Positions 49,555-60,372 of a stretch of 64,000 bases of DNA are shown one piece after another. The DNA is from a virus: the IMG/VR virus record IMGVR_UViG_3300001460_000016, positions 13,116 through 77,115 of that record; one strand, written 5' to 3'. Below the pieces are notes generated by a model that saw only the letters and a program-made list of their open reading frames with translations, was not told the origin of the DNA and did not search any database. A program made the translations under genes and the position numbers. Position 1 is the stretch's first letter. Every line of letters starts with the position of its first letter.

Positions 49555-51408
49555 TCAGGCAGGAGTATCGTTTGATAGACCCATGTTTATGGTAACTGAA
49601 GTTGTATCCGTTTCGTCAATAACAAGAATTTGATTTCTATTTACTTCTACATCGTTGTTTGTCGATGAAGCGTATACTCGAATAAAAGAATCGTTTGGAA
49701 TACTCTGTACGTTTAGTTGTTTAATATCTATTTTACCAGTTGTATAATTTATAGTGCCGATATTAGTATCAGAAATTATTCTCTTACCGGAAACGTCCAG
49801 TGTGTAAAGTTGAAGCGTACCCTTTGTATCATCTTGAATGTATGTGTTAACACCATTCACAACAAAGGCATTACTTTCAATACTAGATTTTCCTGTTACT
49901 TGTAAAACACCACCGGGAAATGTCACTGTATAATCTTTCGGCGTGCCGAAGAAATCTGTAGGATCAATTCTTTTTTCTATATCAATTGTTAAATTGACAG
50001 AAACTATAGACGGATTGACGGCAATAATATTTTTAATTATAGTAGAACCTCGGAAATTTTCACCAAAGTCTTCTAACTGATTATCTGTATAGTCTTGTAC
50101 TGATTGTCTGACTAATGATTTCACGGCAAGTGAAGAAAGTTCTGTGTATGCGTTATTGATTAACACATCAATAGTAGGCCTTACATAACTATAATCGGCA
50201 TCAACAAACTCAGGAATAATTCCCACGATGTTTTTTGTTTTAATGATGTTTGTGATAATATCATTCTTTTCCACATCAGAAAGTCCCACAGAGTTCTTGG
50301 TATTACCTACAACGAAAACTTTTCCATACTGTGGTGGGTCTGCATCTTCACCACCGTAAACTAAAACTGACTTTAACTGTTGAAATCGTTTTAATATTTC
50401 AGTTCTATAATCTTCGGAGGTTACCAATCTATTCTGTGATTGAAAAGATCTCGGACCAATCTTCTTGGAGAAAGAAGACTGTTCTCTTTCACCACCACCT
50501 GTAGCTACATTTGACACTATCACTTCGAATGTTCCATTGTCACCACTGTGGGAGAACACTCTTGATCCTACCGCATCTCCGCCGCCGATACCGTTTGCGC
50601 TTTGACCTTTTGATCTAAGGTATTGAATAGAAATGATGTTTCCATCATCCGGCCTCTTTCCAATTACATTATCACCAAATTCTATTTCGTAATATCGGTT
50701 CAATCCGATTTGAAGGAAATATGTTTCTGTGGTGTCACTGACATTTAAGATAGTGTCAGACTTAAACCACTCGTTGCTTGTTGTACTGTCTTCTGTTTGA
50801 GAATCCTTAACAAACACTTTGAGGAATCGATTGTCAACACTCAATTCTGGAATCACATATCCACTCTCGTTTAATGAATCATAAACCAAATCATATGTGA
50901 AGAATGCACCTTCATAAATATCTACTTCGCCGGTAATCCATTCGGTTGGATCGCCGGCGTTATTGTAAGCACATGCCTTAAATTCTGCTGCGTCTGGATT
51001 CTTAAACGTAAAGTTAGTATCACCGACTGTTGCAGAAAATGTAGATTTGTCTGGTAGTATACCGTCATCGTAAGGAATAGTTCCGGCCGAAGTTGGTCTG
51101 AAGATAACCTTTACAGTTGCCTTCGCGGAAGTTCTAGACTGCGGTGTGTAGTTTAAAAGTTTTAGTAATGAGTTAATTGAGTCTGGTTTGATTGCACTAT
51201 CTATGAACGACTCTGATATTGCCATGTTGTTATAGAAGGCTTGGTAGTGCGTATTGTAGGCAAGAATATCAAGAAGAATATTGAGACCCGAACCCTCAAA
51301 GTTGTAACCAGAAAACACTGACTGTGAAGACAGATATGATTTTAGATTGTCCTTGATATCATTGAAGTCAAGGCTGTCGATTGGTAGTGATGTATTTTTA
51401 GAAGACAT
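49555..51408 (-). CDS. 6: Baseplate wedge subunit gp6
   Basis: LDFNDIKDNLK.YL, YNFEGSGL.ILLDILAYNTHY, QNRLVT.EDY, GGEDADPPQYGKVF. Confidence 0.95.
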   Translation of the reverse strand: MSSKNTSLPIDSLDFNDIKDNLKSYLSSQSVFSGYNFEGSGLNILLDILAYNTHYQAFYNNMAISESFIDSAIKPDSINSLLKLLNYTPQSRTSAKATVKVIFRPTSAGTIPYDDGILPDKSTFSATVGDTNFTFKNPDAAEFKACAYNNAGDPTEWITGEVDIYEGAFFTYDLVYDSLNESGYVIPELSVDNRFLKVFVKDSQTEDSTTSNEWFKSDTILNVSDTTETYFLQIGLNRYYEIEFGDNVIGKRPDDGNIISIQYLRSKGQSANGIGGGDAVGSRVFSHSGDNGTFEVIVSNVATGGGEREQSSFSKKIGPRSFQSQNRLVTSEDYRTEILKRFQQLKSVLVYGGEDADPPQYGKVFVVGNTKNSVGLSDVEKNDIITNIIKTKNIVGIIPEFVDADYSYVRPTIDVLINNAYTELSSLAVKSLVRQSVQDYTDNQLEDFGENFRGSTIIKNIIAVNPSIVSVNLTIDIEKRIDPTDFFGTPKDYTVTFPGGVLQVTGKSSIESNAFVVNGVNTYIQDDTKGTLQLYTLDVSGKRIISDTNIGTINYTTGKIDIKQLNVQSIPNDSFIRVYASSTNNDVEVNRNQILVIDETDTTSVTINMGLSNDTPA

Positions 51409-51794
51409 TATCGTACTCTCTTGATTGTGACAGTTGTACCGTCTATGTTATCTTGACCGGAAACGGAAAAATAAATCGTTAGATCCAACGAGTTCTTATC
51501 GAATCTGTTTTCGTCAAATTTGAGTCGATTTAAAGTGACTCTGGGTTCATACTTTTCAATCAGTGTTTTTAATCGTTCCTCTATATCTAGTTGAATAAAA
51601 GGATCGTTCAATTCGAAAAGTAAAGATCGAAGTCCCGCATCTATCTGAGGGTTGAACGGTTTTTCTAGTAGGTTGAAAAACACTAGGTTCTTAAGACTTC
51701 TCTTTATGGCATTATTATTAATCAATAATGAAACGTCCGATGTAATCGGATTCTTCGAAAAGTTTAAATCTAAATCTACTGTTCTTAAAGGCAT
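51408..51794 (-). CDS. 25: Baseplate wedge subunit gp25
   Basis: DLDLNF..NP.T.D, AIKRSLKNL, EKPFNP, IEKYEPRV. Confidence 0.93.
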   Translation of the reverse strand: MPLRTVDLDLNFSKNPITSDVSLLINNNAIKRSLKNLVFFNLLEKPFNPQIDAGLRSLLFELNDPFIQLDIEERLKTLIEKYEPRVTLNRLKFDENRFDKNSLDLTIYFSVSGQDNIDGTTVTIKRVR

Positions 51795-51813
51795 ATTTTC
51801 TCCCTACTATGTA

Positions 51814-52803
51814 TCAGTCTAGAAGACCACCAAAGCTTGGAATTTCTGGTATGGTTGCAGGATTAGTGATAGCTTGCGTGAGTTTACATGGATCACAAAG
51901 ACTGAGAACATCCTGAATGAATCGGAACAACTCAAACACAGCACCCTTGATAATTTCTTGTATGGTTATGAATATAGTATTCAGTTTTGCAAATGCACCA
52001 ATCAGAACTGCACTGGTAGCTGCAATTGTTTCTCTGGTTTTTGAACCAATATTATTTAGACCCAAATCAAAATTCAGATCGGCAAAGAACTTAGAAAGGC
52101 AGTTCAAGATTCTCATGATACATCTACCCAAGAATCCAGTTGCTAGATTTACAAGGTCAAAGAACGCATATGCAAACTGGCCAACTTGAGTTGCGAATAG
52201 TTGAAATCCATTTACAACATTCTGAACAGTTGCAAAGGGATTCAAAAACTCTACACCACAGATGTCATCAAATTCCTCGATAAAATTACAAGATGGAATT
52301 CCGGGGAATGGTGGAATGTTAATGTCCCCCGGAAAATCACAAAACTGACATCCTAAATTTAATCTACAATTTCCTACCTTGAGTAATGTCGAGAATGAAA
52401 GGGGATTTACCCAATCCATACCAAATGGAATTTTTATTTCAAAACCATCAAATATATTTTCACAATCATCTGATTTATTTTGGACTCGTTGGTTTATCTC
52501 TTCTGATCTTTGTGTAATTTCATTTACAATGTTTTCTAAATTACTTTCTAGATCATCAAAGATAACACCAATTTCCAAATTTAAACCATCTGCTTGTTCG
52601 TCTGTAAGATAAATTCCCGGTTGAACTTTTCCAAACCGCTTACCTATATTACGAACAGCATTCGAAACATATGATATGGCATCCAAGCCAACAGTTGTGG
52701 GACCAACCGCAGATTCTTCGTTACCTAGTAAACCAGTACCATCGGAACAGTTCTGATCTACTGTTCTATCGGGGAATTTGTTTTCGCAATCTTCGCAAGC
52801 CAT
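51814..52803 (-). CDS. Hypothetical Cys-containing protein with hydrophobic/amphipathic C-terminal helices
   Basis: 329-aa ORF between gp5 and gp25; AAGGA RBS. Confidence 0.75.
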   Translation of the reverse strand: MACEDCENKFPDRTVDQNCSDGTGLLGNEESAVGPTTVGLDAISYVSNAVRNIGKRFGKVQPGIYLTDEQADGLNLEIGVIFDDLESNLENIVNEITQRSEEINQRVQNKSDDCENIFDGFEIKIPFGMDWVNPLSFSTLLKVGNCRLNLGCQFCDFPGDINIPPFPGIPSCNFIEEFDDICGVEFLNPFATVQNVVNGFQLFATQVGQFAYAFFDLVNLATGFLGRCIMRILNCLSKFFADLNFDLGLNNIGSKTRETIAATSAVLIGAFAKLNTIFITIQEIIKGAVFELFRFIQDVLSLCDPCKLTQAITNPATIPEIPSFGGLLD

Positions 52804-52815
52804 ATAGTTTCCTTA

Positions 52816-54465
52816 TCAGTTAAGGTTTAGAGTTCCGCCGGTTGTTAGACTCATACTAGCACTAGAATTCAGTCTCATCCCACCATTCGATCCCATGAAG
52901 TATTCACCTTCGGATTTGAAGTTAATATTGGTAGTAAATACCTCTGATAAATCATCTCCAGATACCATTCTAGTTGATGTACTTATTACTTCAAAATCAG
53001 TTCCTCTGGCGTAATTTGGTACTTTGTGAAAATGTACACTGTCCACTAATGTGTCTAGATTTCCAAATCTCTGAGTGCATAATGCAGATGTTTGATATGT
53101 TTGGTTCATCCCAGAAATTACATCAAGTGTAGTTGCAGCATTTACCACCATTTCCCCTGCTGATGTTTTCATCAACATGGAACGGTTTGCTAAAAGACTC
53201 AAACCACCCTCTTGAGCATTTAGAGCCACGCTACCATTTGTCGATATGATATTTAAATTCTGGCGAGATGTAGCAGAGATTGAACTTCCCGCATTAATGA
53301 ATATGTTACCACTCTTAACACCGGGAAAGGCACTGCTGATTGGATGTGGGACAGAGTGAAGTCCAATGTTACCACCGATAGTCATTATCTGTATGTTCTT
53401 GGTACTGTCGATTGATACTTCATCTTCGGAATATCTTTTACTCTTTCCTCTAGTATGGAAAAGTTCGTTGAAACACTCGACGGTCATGTCACCATTAATC
53501 GATTCGGCATAAGAACCAGAAACACCTATTGTTCTGTCTCCGTTCACGAACGTGTCGTAGTTTCCTCGAATAGATTCTCTTACACTTCCGTTTATTTGTC
53601 TTTCAACATTACCCTGAATAAACTCATATACATCACCTTCAATATTCAAGAACAGATTACCACCCAAGGAACCTTCGTCACTTGGAATTAGTTTCTTGAT
53701 GTTGATATAGTTGTCACCCAATACAAATTCGTAGTTGTCTCTAACAATCTTGGCAACCTTTGTTCCAAACGGATGTACTTCTGTAAATGTTCCGGACCTA
53801 TGGTAGTCGTGTGTACGTTCTTTGCCGGGTGTGTCATCTCGTTCAACGATATGACCAGACTCGCTTGTGATTACATGGTTATATGGATACTTTGCATCAA
53901 AAGGAGTCGGAGGTTCACTGTATGAACCATGCCCGTTTGCAACTGGAACATTCTTCACTCTATTATCTATTTTGTTTTTGACTACGGCCGGTAGTTCTTC
54001 TTCTGTTTGTTCTGTACCGTCTTCATCTTCCCATCGGTGACGAGCAAGTCGAGTGACATCAGATTCGTTTAATCCATGCTCTTCTGAGTCCAGTGGGTAT
54101 TTTTCATTCGGATCTTGGTAACCGGCTTTAGACGGATCACTGACATCTGCTGCGTCTTCTGGAATACCGGGAATAGTTCCCATTATAACTGGCATCTGTG
54201 CGTTTTCGCCGTCGCGGAAGAATCCGAAAACGTGAGTACCGGGAACTGGTCCAACTGGTGTTTCGCCGATACCACTGGTCGAAGCAGAATTCACAGGCGT
54301 TACTGGAGAGGCCCAAGGTAACTGAGCCGTGGGAATAAGATTTTTATCTTTATCATGATAACCGAAGACTCGAACCCTACACCTACCAAGTCGTTGCGGA
54401 TCTTTTCTATCTTCCACAACACCTTGCCACCATACAAAAGAATTTGACTTAAAAAGTTCGTGCAT
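52816..54465 (-). CDS. 5: Baseplate central spike gp5 (OB fold plus beta-helix, no obvious lysozyme domain)
   Basis: WWQGVVEDR.DP..LGRCRVR.FG.H, LPWA, GFFRDG..AQ.P, YPYNHV..SESGH..E.DDTPG.ER. Confidence 0.93.
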   Translation of the reverse strand: MHELFKSNSFVWWQGVVEDRKDPQRLGRCRVRVFGYHDKDKNLIPTAQLPWASPVTPVNSASTSGIGETPVGPVPGTHVFGFFRDGENAQMPVIMGTIPGIPEDAADVSDPSKAGYQDPNEKYPLDSEEHGLNESDVTRLARHRWEDEDGTEQTEEELPAVVKNKIDNRVKNVPVANGHGSYSEPPTPFDAKYPYNHVITSESGHIVERDDTPGKERTHDYHRSGTFTEVHPFGTKVAKIVRDNYEFVLGDNYINIKKLIPSDEGSLGGNLFLNIEGDVYEFIQGNVERQINGSVRESIRGNYDTFVNGDRTIGVSGSYAESINGDMTVECFNELFHTRGKSKRYSEDEVSIDSTKNIQIMTIGGNIGLHSVPHPISSAFPGVKSGNIFINAGSSISATSRQNLNIISTNGSVALNAQEGGLSLLANRSMLMKTSAGEMVVNAATTLDVISGMNQTYQTSALCTQRFGNLDTLVDSVHFHKVPNYARGTDFEVISTSTRMVSGDDLSEVFTTNINFKSEGEYFMGSNGGMRLNSSASMSLTTGGTLNLN

Positions 54466-55904
54466 TATTTGGGAGCTCCATCTCGCATCAATGTAAGTTT
54501 GGTGTTGTATTCCTGATTAACAGAAGTAGATTCAAATATAAACTGATGTTCGATATCAGAGATTAAATACTTACCACCTAGAGATCTTCCTTCTTCGTCA
54601 TGCGAAGTATAAGACCTTGCTTCTTTCGTTAAGTTTCTGACTTGCATGTCAGAGAACATCACGCATTCTCCTACTCTACGATTAGTATCTCCTACTATAT
54701 TTATTTCAAGTGGAAAGTAAATATTCAGGTTTCGTTGAGTGTATACTAAATCTAACCAATCTTCTTTCTTGTCAATACCTTTATTTCCTTCATCGTCACT
54801 GAACAGATATTTTTGTTTCGGCACAAATGACTTAAAGGATTGGGGAGAACCTAATCTACTTGTAATAATATCGTTATCTTCTTCGATGAATTTTTTGGTG
54901 TTGGAATCTACAAATGGTTCAGGTGAATCATTTATATAGTTATACACTTTCTCAAAATACTTTTTACGAGTTTGGTCATAGAAATATATTGTACCTCCCC
55001 AAGCACCAAACGCATTGTATTTGGCACTGTTCATGTCTGGAATCGAAAAATTGCCTTTTATAGTTCTTCGTTCTCGTACATAAGCGTCTATTGGATCTTC
55101 AGCGTCATACAGTATATCAATGATGTAACCTGAACTCTTATCATTCTCCACTCCAACTACAGGTTCTTTAATCATATCCGTAAAAGAAGTAAAAACAGAT
55201 TCCACTCTACCTCTATCATTAAACCTCTGAAAGAAAAAGAAGTTTGCACAATCTTCATTCTTAGAGTCTATTGATCCATTGGTTAACCATGATATACATT
55301 TTGATGGACTCCAGTTTGGCAAAACACATGAAAAATCAGAGCCCAGAGTTTCAGTTACGAAACCCAGATTACCAGAACCGGCATCTAATCTCTTATCTTC
55401 GAGAATGTAATCAGTGTAAATACTTTTTACAATATCTGATCTTTTCTTTTTGCTAAATGATTTTACCACGCGAGTAGTTGAATCTTTGAAACCCTCTGGG
55501 GTAACTATGTCCAGTCTGTACCTTGTGGTTTTTTCACTACTGGAAGATTTGGATGCGTTGTAAATGATAAAGCTTTCTAATATATCTTTGCCGGGAATTG
55601 CCTCAGTTTTTTCTATAGAAATGAATGTACTGATGTCCATAATTAAAACATCTTGAGATGTAATCCTAGTTTTATTTTCTTCTAGGTATCCATTTGGAAT
55701 ATCGAGAATAACCGTACCGACAATAAATGGTTGGAAGATACTTTCGTTTAAAGTGATACTTACAATTCTTGGTTCTGCACTTTGACCAGTTTTGATAATA
55801 CTTTCATTGTCTTCAGCAGAAATAATATTAATAGACGCCCCTTTGAATTTACCAACGGGTACTGTCATAATTGTTTTTCGAAGTTTATTGGATACGGTTG
55901 CCAT
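54465..55904 (-). CDS. Putative baseplate hub protein (gp27-like position)
   Basis: Between gp53 and gp5; ESIF, PNWSP...I.WL, FFFFQ, GD...VG, GKYLI..I.H. Confidence 0.6.
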   Translation of the reverse strand: MATVSNKLRKTIMTVPVGKFKGASINIISAEDNESIIKTGQSAEPRIVSITLNESIFQPFIVGTVILDIPNGYLEENKTRITSQDVLIMDISTFISIEKTEAIPGKDILESFIIYNASKSSSSEKTTRYRLDIVTPEGFKDSTTRVVKSFSKKKRSDIVKSIYTDYILEDKRLDAGSGNLGFVTETLGSDFSCVLPNWSPSKCISWLTNGSIDSKNEDCANFFFFQRFNDRGRVESVFTSFTDMIKEPVVGVENDKSSGYIIDILYDAEDPIDAYVRERRTIKGNFSIPDMNSAKYNAFGAWGGTIYFYDQTRKKYFEKVYNYINDSPEPFVDSNTKKFIEEDNDIITSRLGSPQSFKSFVPKQKYLFSDDEGNKGIDKKEDWLDLVYTQRNLNIYFPLEINIVGDTNRRVGECVMFSDMQVRNLTKEARSYTSHDEEGRSLGGKYLISDIEHQFIFESTSVNQEYNTKLTLMRDGAPK

Positions 55905-56749
55905 TATAGATTAATGACCTCTTTTAATTTGTCTTGTATGGTCTTTACTACCGCTGGACTGTATATTCTAATTGTTCTATTTCTATCGTTTATTTCTGTT
56001 TCAAATTTTTCATTCGTGATTACACTTGACCCGTCGTTTGTAATTGCAGTAACCGAACCACTCAAGTAGACATCAATATAACGAGCGGCACCTATCAGGG
56101 TAAGGGGTGAACGATATACGTCAACTGAATTTGTTTCTGAGGATAATTCTATGTCTCTAAAATGGTGAAGTGATAATCTCGATTGGTCTATCTTTCTCCC
56201 GACATATACCTTCTTAGATCCAACACTGTCAGTAACGTACCAACTAGAAACCGTTTCACCAATAAGATCATCCGCGTCACTTAGTCGCATGTGTCCAGTG
56301 GTTCTATCGTAATCTTTAATAGTTGCAGTATCAAGTAACGTATCACTTCCATTGTATATTTTCACTGTTTCGTCTATGGAGTATGAACTTGTTGCAGATT
56401 GCGTATCCATAGTAAGACCGTTTGAGTTCTCCGTAACATAAAGAGAAACACCTGCATACTTGGACTCTATTCGTTTGTTTAATTTTTCGTAACTGGCAGG
56501 CCAATCATGGAATGGATTAATCAAACGATTTGTAATAAAGAATGACCAGTATAAACTGACATCATTGTAGTATTTTATCGCAACACTCTGGGGTGTTTCA
56601 CCATCAACAATTGTAAAAAGATTATATTCATTTGTATTCAATAACTGATTTGTTATGTCAGTTCTTCGCAGAATATCCACCGACTTTTTTAATATGCCGG
56701 GAGTATATTCAAAATCAATTACTGGAAAGTTTTCAAAGTAAAATGACAT
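55904..56749 (-). CDS. 53: Baseplate wedge protein gp53
   Basis: YFENFP...Y, I.DGETPQSVA.KYY....YW, NPFHDWP, E.EIND..R.I. Confidence 0.9.
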   Translation of the reverse strand: MSFYFENFPVIDFEYTPGILKKSVDILRRTDITNQLLNTNEYNLFTIVDGETPQSVAIKYYNDVSLYWSFFITNRLINPFHDWPASYEKLNKRIESKYAGVSLYVTENSNGLTMDTQSATSSYSIDETVKIYNGSDTLLDTATIKDYDRTTGHMRLSDADDLIGETVSSWYVTDSVGSKKVYVGRKIDQSRLSLHHFRDIELSSETNSVDVYRSPLTLIGAARYIDVYLSGSVTAITNDGSSVITNEKFETEINDRNRTIRIYSPAVVKTIQDKLKEVINL

Positions 56750-57765
56750 TATCTATTCTCCCTTTCTCGCCGCAATCTCTCGGCAATTCCTTGATCGATA
56801 TTGACATCATCATTATCGGTCACCCCAAGAAAGTCTGTGACACTCTGTAGACTTTCGCCGAATTCTTCTGGTGCTCTGTTTATAACAGACTGAGTTGGAT
56901 TTGATGTATCACTGAAGTTGCCAAATTTCTCTGTGGTCCCTAAGTCAATTCTCTTTATCATTTCTCTACTGTTTGGATGAACCTCCCTCATCTCAACTGA
57001 AAAGGCCATGTTACCTGGCTGACCATCACTGAAGTATGATGGAGCTCCAGCATTGTGATAGTTTACATCCAGACTACTAATAAAACAAAATGAAGTTGAA
57101 AACACTTTTCGATTTACATTGTCGGTACTAAAACCATCTTCTCCTTTAATTGAGTCTCGGAAAAGAAAATCTACTTTTACTCTAGCCGGGTTCATGAAAA
57201 ACAGTGACTTATTTTTTTCATTCTCAGCGCCATCCACCTTGGATATTTCTTTATTTAATGGTGGGTGCATTGCAATCTTGAAGGTATTCACGATAGCTTG
57301 AATAACATCGGATTCTTCTTTGTTGGAAGGAACCAACTGAAATCTCATATTAAAACTTCTATTCTGTGGTTTGTTAACAACCAGTTCATTTCTTTTATTT
57401 TTCCCACCACCGACTGCTCGTCGAACAAATTCGGCGTTAGCAAAGAGTGATCCAACTAGAGTAGCTCCAGCTCCTGTGATTGCTCCAAATCCGGCAGCAA
57501 GTTTATCCTCAATCGAATCATTCGATGAGAACGAAGCCGCTATATCAGATCCCGCATCGATAATCTCGGTAGCTGCTATCTCAAGTAATCCTGCTTCTAG
57601 ATCATCGAAAGAAACATTATAATTGTTACTTAATCCAACAGGAGCTGGTAAAATTATAGTAGAAGTTGGTGCGTCTGGATTTAATTCTGTACTATCGTAA
57701 AAACGAAAACGTATCATAGCCGGCGATGTAGTTGTTATAGTAGATGGAAAAGATAGTGTGTTCAT
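56749..57765 (-). CDS. 48: Baseplate tail-tube cap gp48
   Basis: P..RSF...FQLVP....ES..I..IV..FK.AMHP, CFISSLDVNY, FSDG.P. Confidence 0.8.
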   Translation of the reverse strand: MNTLSFPSTITTTSPAMIRFRFYDSTELNPDAPTSTIILPAPVGLSNNYNVSFDDLEAGLLEIAATEIIDAGSDIAASFSSNDSIEDKLAAGFGAITGAGATLVGSLFANAEFVRRAVGGGKNKRNELVVNKPQNRSFNMRFQLVPSNKEESDVIQAIVNTFKIAMHPPLNKEISKVDGAENEKNKSLFFMNPARVKVDFLFRDSIKGEDGFSTDNVNRKVFSTSFCFISSLDVNYHNAGAPSYFSDGQPGNMAFSVEMREVHPNSREMIKRIDLGTTEKFGNFSDTSNPTQSVINRAPEEFGESLQSVTDFLGVTDNDDVNIDQGIAERLRRERENR

Positions 57766-57776
57766 TTATTTTTTTC

Positions 57777-58520
57777 CTAGTTACCTATCTGTTGTGGATT
57801 GTTACTTGGTGAAATTTCCCCACCAGATTTAATTAAACCCGGCCCTAAAGTTCCCGGAAGTGTAGTACCATCATAAGTAGATGTCGAAAAATCTCTGTAA
57901 CATAAAACAACATTATATACTAAAGCCTCATTGGCAGATTCATTTGACATTTGAATTTGTCCAATGGTCTCACACCAAACTTTAGTTAGACTATACATTA
58001 TTGTTGGACTTCCGGGTATACCAAGATCAGATGAAGCGGAGACAGGACCAACACCCTGTTTAGACACCGAACGAATTAGTAATTGCATATCCATAGTATA
58101 GTCATCTTGATATTCAAGTGTATTTGTGTTTCCGGGAATTGCCAAAGATTGCCAGGCATGTAAGGCATATAATAGTGGGTCATCTCTTCTCATCAGTAGA
58201 GTCATATTAATTTCACCATCATATGTTGAGATATATGGAAACTGTTGAAGAGGACCACCATAATACACTGATTGTTTAGAAGAAGTTCGTGATGGTAAAG
58301 TAAAAGAACGCACTGCCACATTCATGTCCAATACGTTCTGTTTAGAGAACCCAAATTTTCTATTCAATCCTTCTCGTTGTCTTATCGATTCGCGCCGTTC
58401 CGGGGCTGAAGTTGTAGTAAATCCGCCGGTTGGTAAAATGATTTCAAAATCATAGGGGTGAACAATACTCTGTCCCCTTGCGATAGTATTTTTCATTAAA
58501 TCTACTTTTGGTGAAATCAT
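57777..58520 (-). CDS. Tail-tube initiator gp54-like (gp19 superfamily)
   Basis: SFTLPSR, GP...FPY...Y, EYQDDY; adjacent to gp48. Confidence 0.65.
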   Translation of the reverse strand: MISPKVDLMKNTIARGQSIVHPYDFEIILPTGGFTTTSAPERRESIRQREGLNRKFGFSKQNVLDMNVAVRSFTLPSRTSSKQSVYYGGPLQQFPYISTYDGEINMTLLMRRDDPLLYALHAWQSLAIPGNTNTLEYQDDYTMDMQLLIRSVSKQGVGPVSASSDLGIPGSPTIMYSLTKVWCETIGQIQMSNESANEALVYNVVLCYRDFSTSTYDGTTLPGTLGPGLIKSGGEISPSNNPQQIGN

Positions 58521-59161
58521 CTGTTTGATTCTCCTAGAAGTTTTCGTATCTTCTTACTAGTTTCCGTCTGTATAACGTGCGACTTCTTCTTTATGAAATG
58601 TTCTGTAGGCAAAGCTAAAGCGGTTTCCCAATATTTAGGGTTTATTTCGTATACCCTCGAACGTATTCTATTTGTCTTATATTCCTTTAAACCGGCAAGT
58701 CCTCTTATGTATTTCTTACTTTCGGATATTATCCGATAATACATTCTAAATCTTGCTTGCTCTCCAAGATTTCTATCTGTAAGCAACGGCCACATTGAAT
58801 AAAAGGTTCTCATTCTGTCCTGTATGGAATAGTAATGTAGATTGACTCCAATCACTGTGTCCTTGTCTGGAACCTCTACAATAAGAATCAACGGTTGTGC
58901 ATCAAAGTATGGAAGAGTCTTATATTTCTGTGGAAAATAACGAAAGGTAATCATCTTTCCGACTTCTTTGAGTACGGGTTTGAATTCAGTCTTACCATAG
59001 ATTCGATTGGAATATGATTCAAATACGTCTGGAGTGTATAGAGCAGTTCCCAATTCCTGCCTTGCCTCCGTGTACATCTTTTTGGCATTAGCGGGTGAAG
59101 GGTTCTTGGTAACTTTGAATTTTTCGAGGATCGATATTGGATCTTTTTGTTTTTTAGCCAT
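58517..59161 (-). CDS. 2: DNA end protector gp2
   Basis: GKM..F.Y.P....TLPYFD..PLI, GVNLHY, W.TA..LPTE.F.K. Confidence 0.88.
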   Translation of the reverse strand: MAKKQKDPISILEKFKVTKNPSPANAKKMYTEARQELGTALYTPDVFESYSNRIYGKTEFKPVLKEVGKMITFRYFPQKYKTLPYFDAQPLILIVEVPDKDTVIGVNLHYYSIQDRMRTFYSMWPLLTDRNLGEQARFRMYYRIISESKKYIRGLAGLKEYKTNRIRSRVYEINPKYWETALALPTEHFIKKKSHVIQTETSKKIRKLLGESNR

Positions 59162-59603
59162 CTGTTTCCTTCTTGAACAAAGTGTCCTCGGTTATGATCA
59201 TAAACTTCCATCCCCTAGACTCACAGACCCTCTCAGCTGCATCCCACTTTGCTTTGTTCACTGAGTACGTTTTTACCTCGTTGATAAATGTCTTAGTTTT
59301 TTTCTTGGGTTTCACTGGTGGTTTCGTCTGTTTCTTTGGTTTGACCTCTATCAGAAAGGTTTTAATTTCTTTATTCTTGTTCTGCACTTCCATAATGAAG
59401 TCAACGTAATAACGATGTCGTTTGCCATCGACCGGCGAAACGTACATCACAATTGTTTCCTCTGAACCCCATCTAAAAACAGACGGATTGTTATCCATCC
59501 AATTCATCATTTTTCTTTCCCACAACGAACGATAAATAACTTTGGTGGGATTCCCGATGTACTTGGAGGGATTTTTTGGTGTATACTTTCCTTTGTATGC
59601 CAT
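59154..59603 (-). CDS. 4: Head completion nuclease gp4
   Basis: MAYKGKY.PKNP.KY.G.P...IYRSLWE, W.SEE, HRYYVDF, IEVKP, N.AKW.AA; start reassigned to 59603. Confidence 0.95.
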   Translation of the reverse strand: MAYKGKYTPKNPSKYIGNPTKVIYRSLWERKMMNWMDNNPSVFRWGSEETIVMYVSPVDGKRHRYYVDFIMEVQNKNKEIKTFLIEVKPKKQTKPPVKPKKKTKTFINEVKTYSVNKAKWDAAERVCESRGWKFMIITEDTLFKKETDG

Positions 59604-59610
59604 CTTTTCC

Positions 59611-59618
59611 CCTAAATA
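59611..59618 (+). promoter_or_regulatory. Late promoter CCTAAATA (gp26)
   Basis: In the divergent gp4/gp26 gap, upstream of a GGAG RBS. Confidence 0.7.
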
Positions 59619-59643
59619 TATATGTTCATTTTGGAGAAATATA

Positions 59644-60372
59644 ATGACATTACCGAAAATTGCAGTGAAGACGTACAGTGTAAAATTGCCGATATGTAAC
59701 AAGACGATAAAGATTCGGCCGTTTACAGTGAAAGAACAAAAGACATTATTGATGACTGCCACTGAAGTGGGTGAAGAGGTAACGGGTGAAAGTAGAAGTC
59801 ACCTAATATCTAATTTCTTAGAAGTATTACAGTCTTGTGTTCATGGTAATCATGATCTAACCACGTTGACTGTAACCGACTTTATTTTTCTTATGGTAAA
59901 ACTCCGAGAGTTCTCTGTCGGAGAGGATATTAAACTTGCATACAAGTGTCCCTGTGGCGAGTCTGTGACCCCTGTGATGTCTTTGAAGAGTATAAAGGTA
60001 AAGAACATCAAGAAAGGTTCAGATTACGAGAAAGAATTGAAAATCACACCAGAGGTAGTAATAAAACTTCGACCACCTACAGTAAAAGAATCTATGATGA
60101 TGACCGAGGTAAAAGATGAAAATGATTTAAGCGTAACAATTCTTGCAAGTTGTATTAAAGAAATTTCAGACAGTGAGACTGTATATGATACGTCCGAGTA
60201 CACTATAAAAGAATTAAATGAATTTGTTGACGGATTTCCCGTTGAAAAACTAAAGGATATTCAACAATACTTTGAGAGTCTTCCATACCCATACATCAAG
60301 ATAACCGCCGAATGTCCAGATCCAGCCGGTAAAATTGATGTGGAGGTGAAAGACATTTTTGATTTTTTTTGA
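59644..60372 (+). CDS. 26: Baseplate hub assembly protein gp26
   Basis: MTLPKI....Y...LP......IRPFTVKEQK.LL, LR..SVGE, CPC, ends DFF. Confidence 0.9.
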   Translation: MTLPKIAVKTYSVKLPICNKTIKIRPFTVKEQKTLLMTATEVGEEVTGESRSHLISNFLEVLQSCVHGNHDLTTLTVTDFIFLMVKLREFSVGEDIKLAYKCPCGESVTPVMSLKSIKVKNIKKGSDYEKELKITPEVVIKLRPPTVKESMMMTEVKDENDLSVTILASCIKEISDSETVYDTSEYTIKELNEFVDGFPVEKLKDIQQYFESLPYPYIKITAECPDPAGKIDVEVKDIFDFF

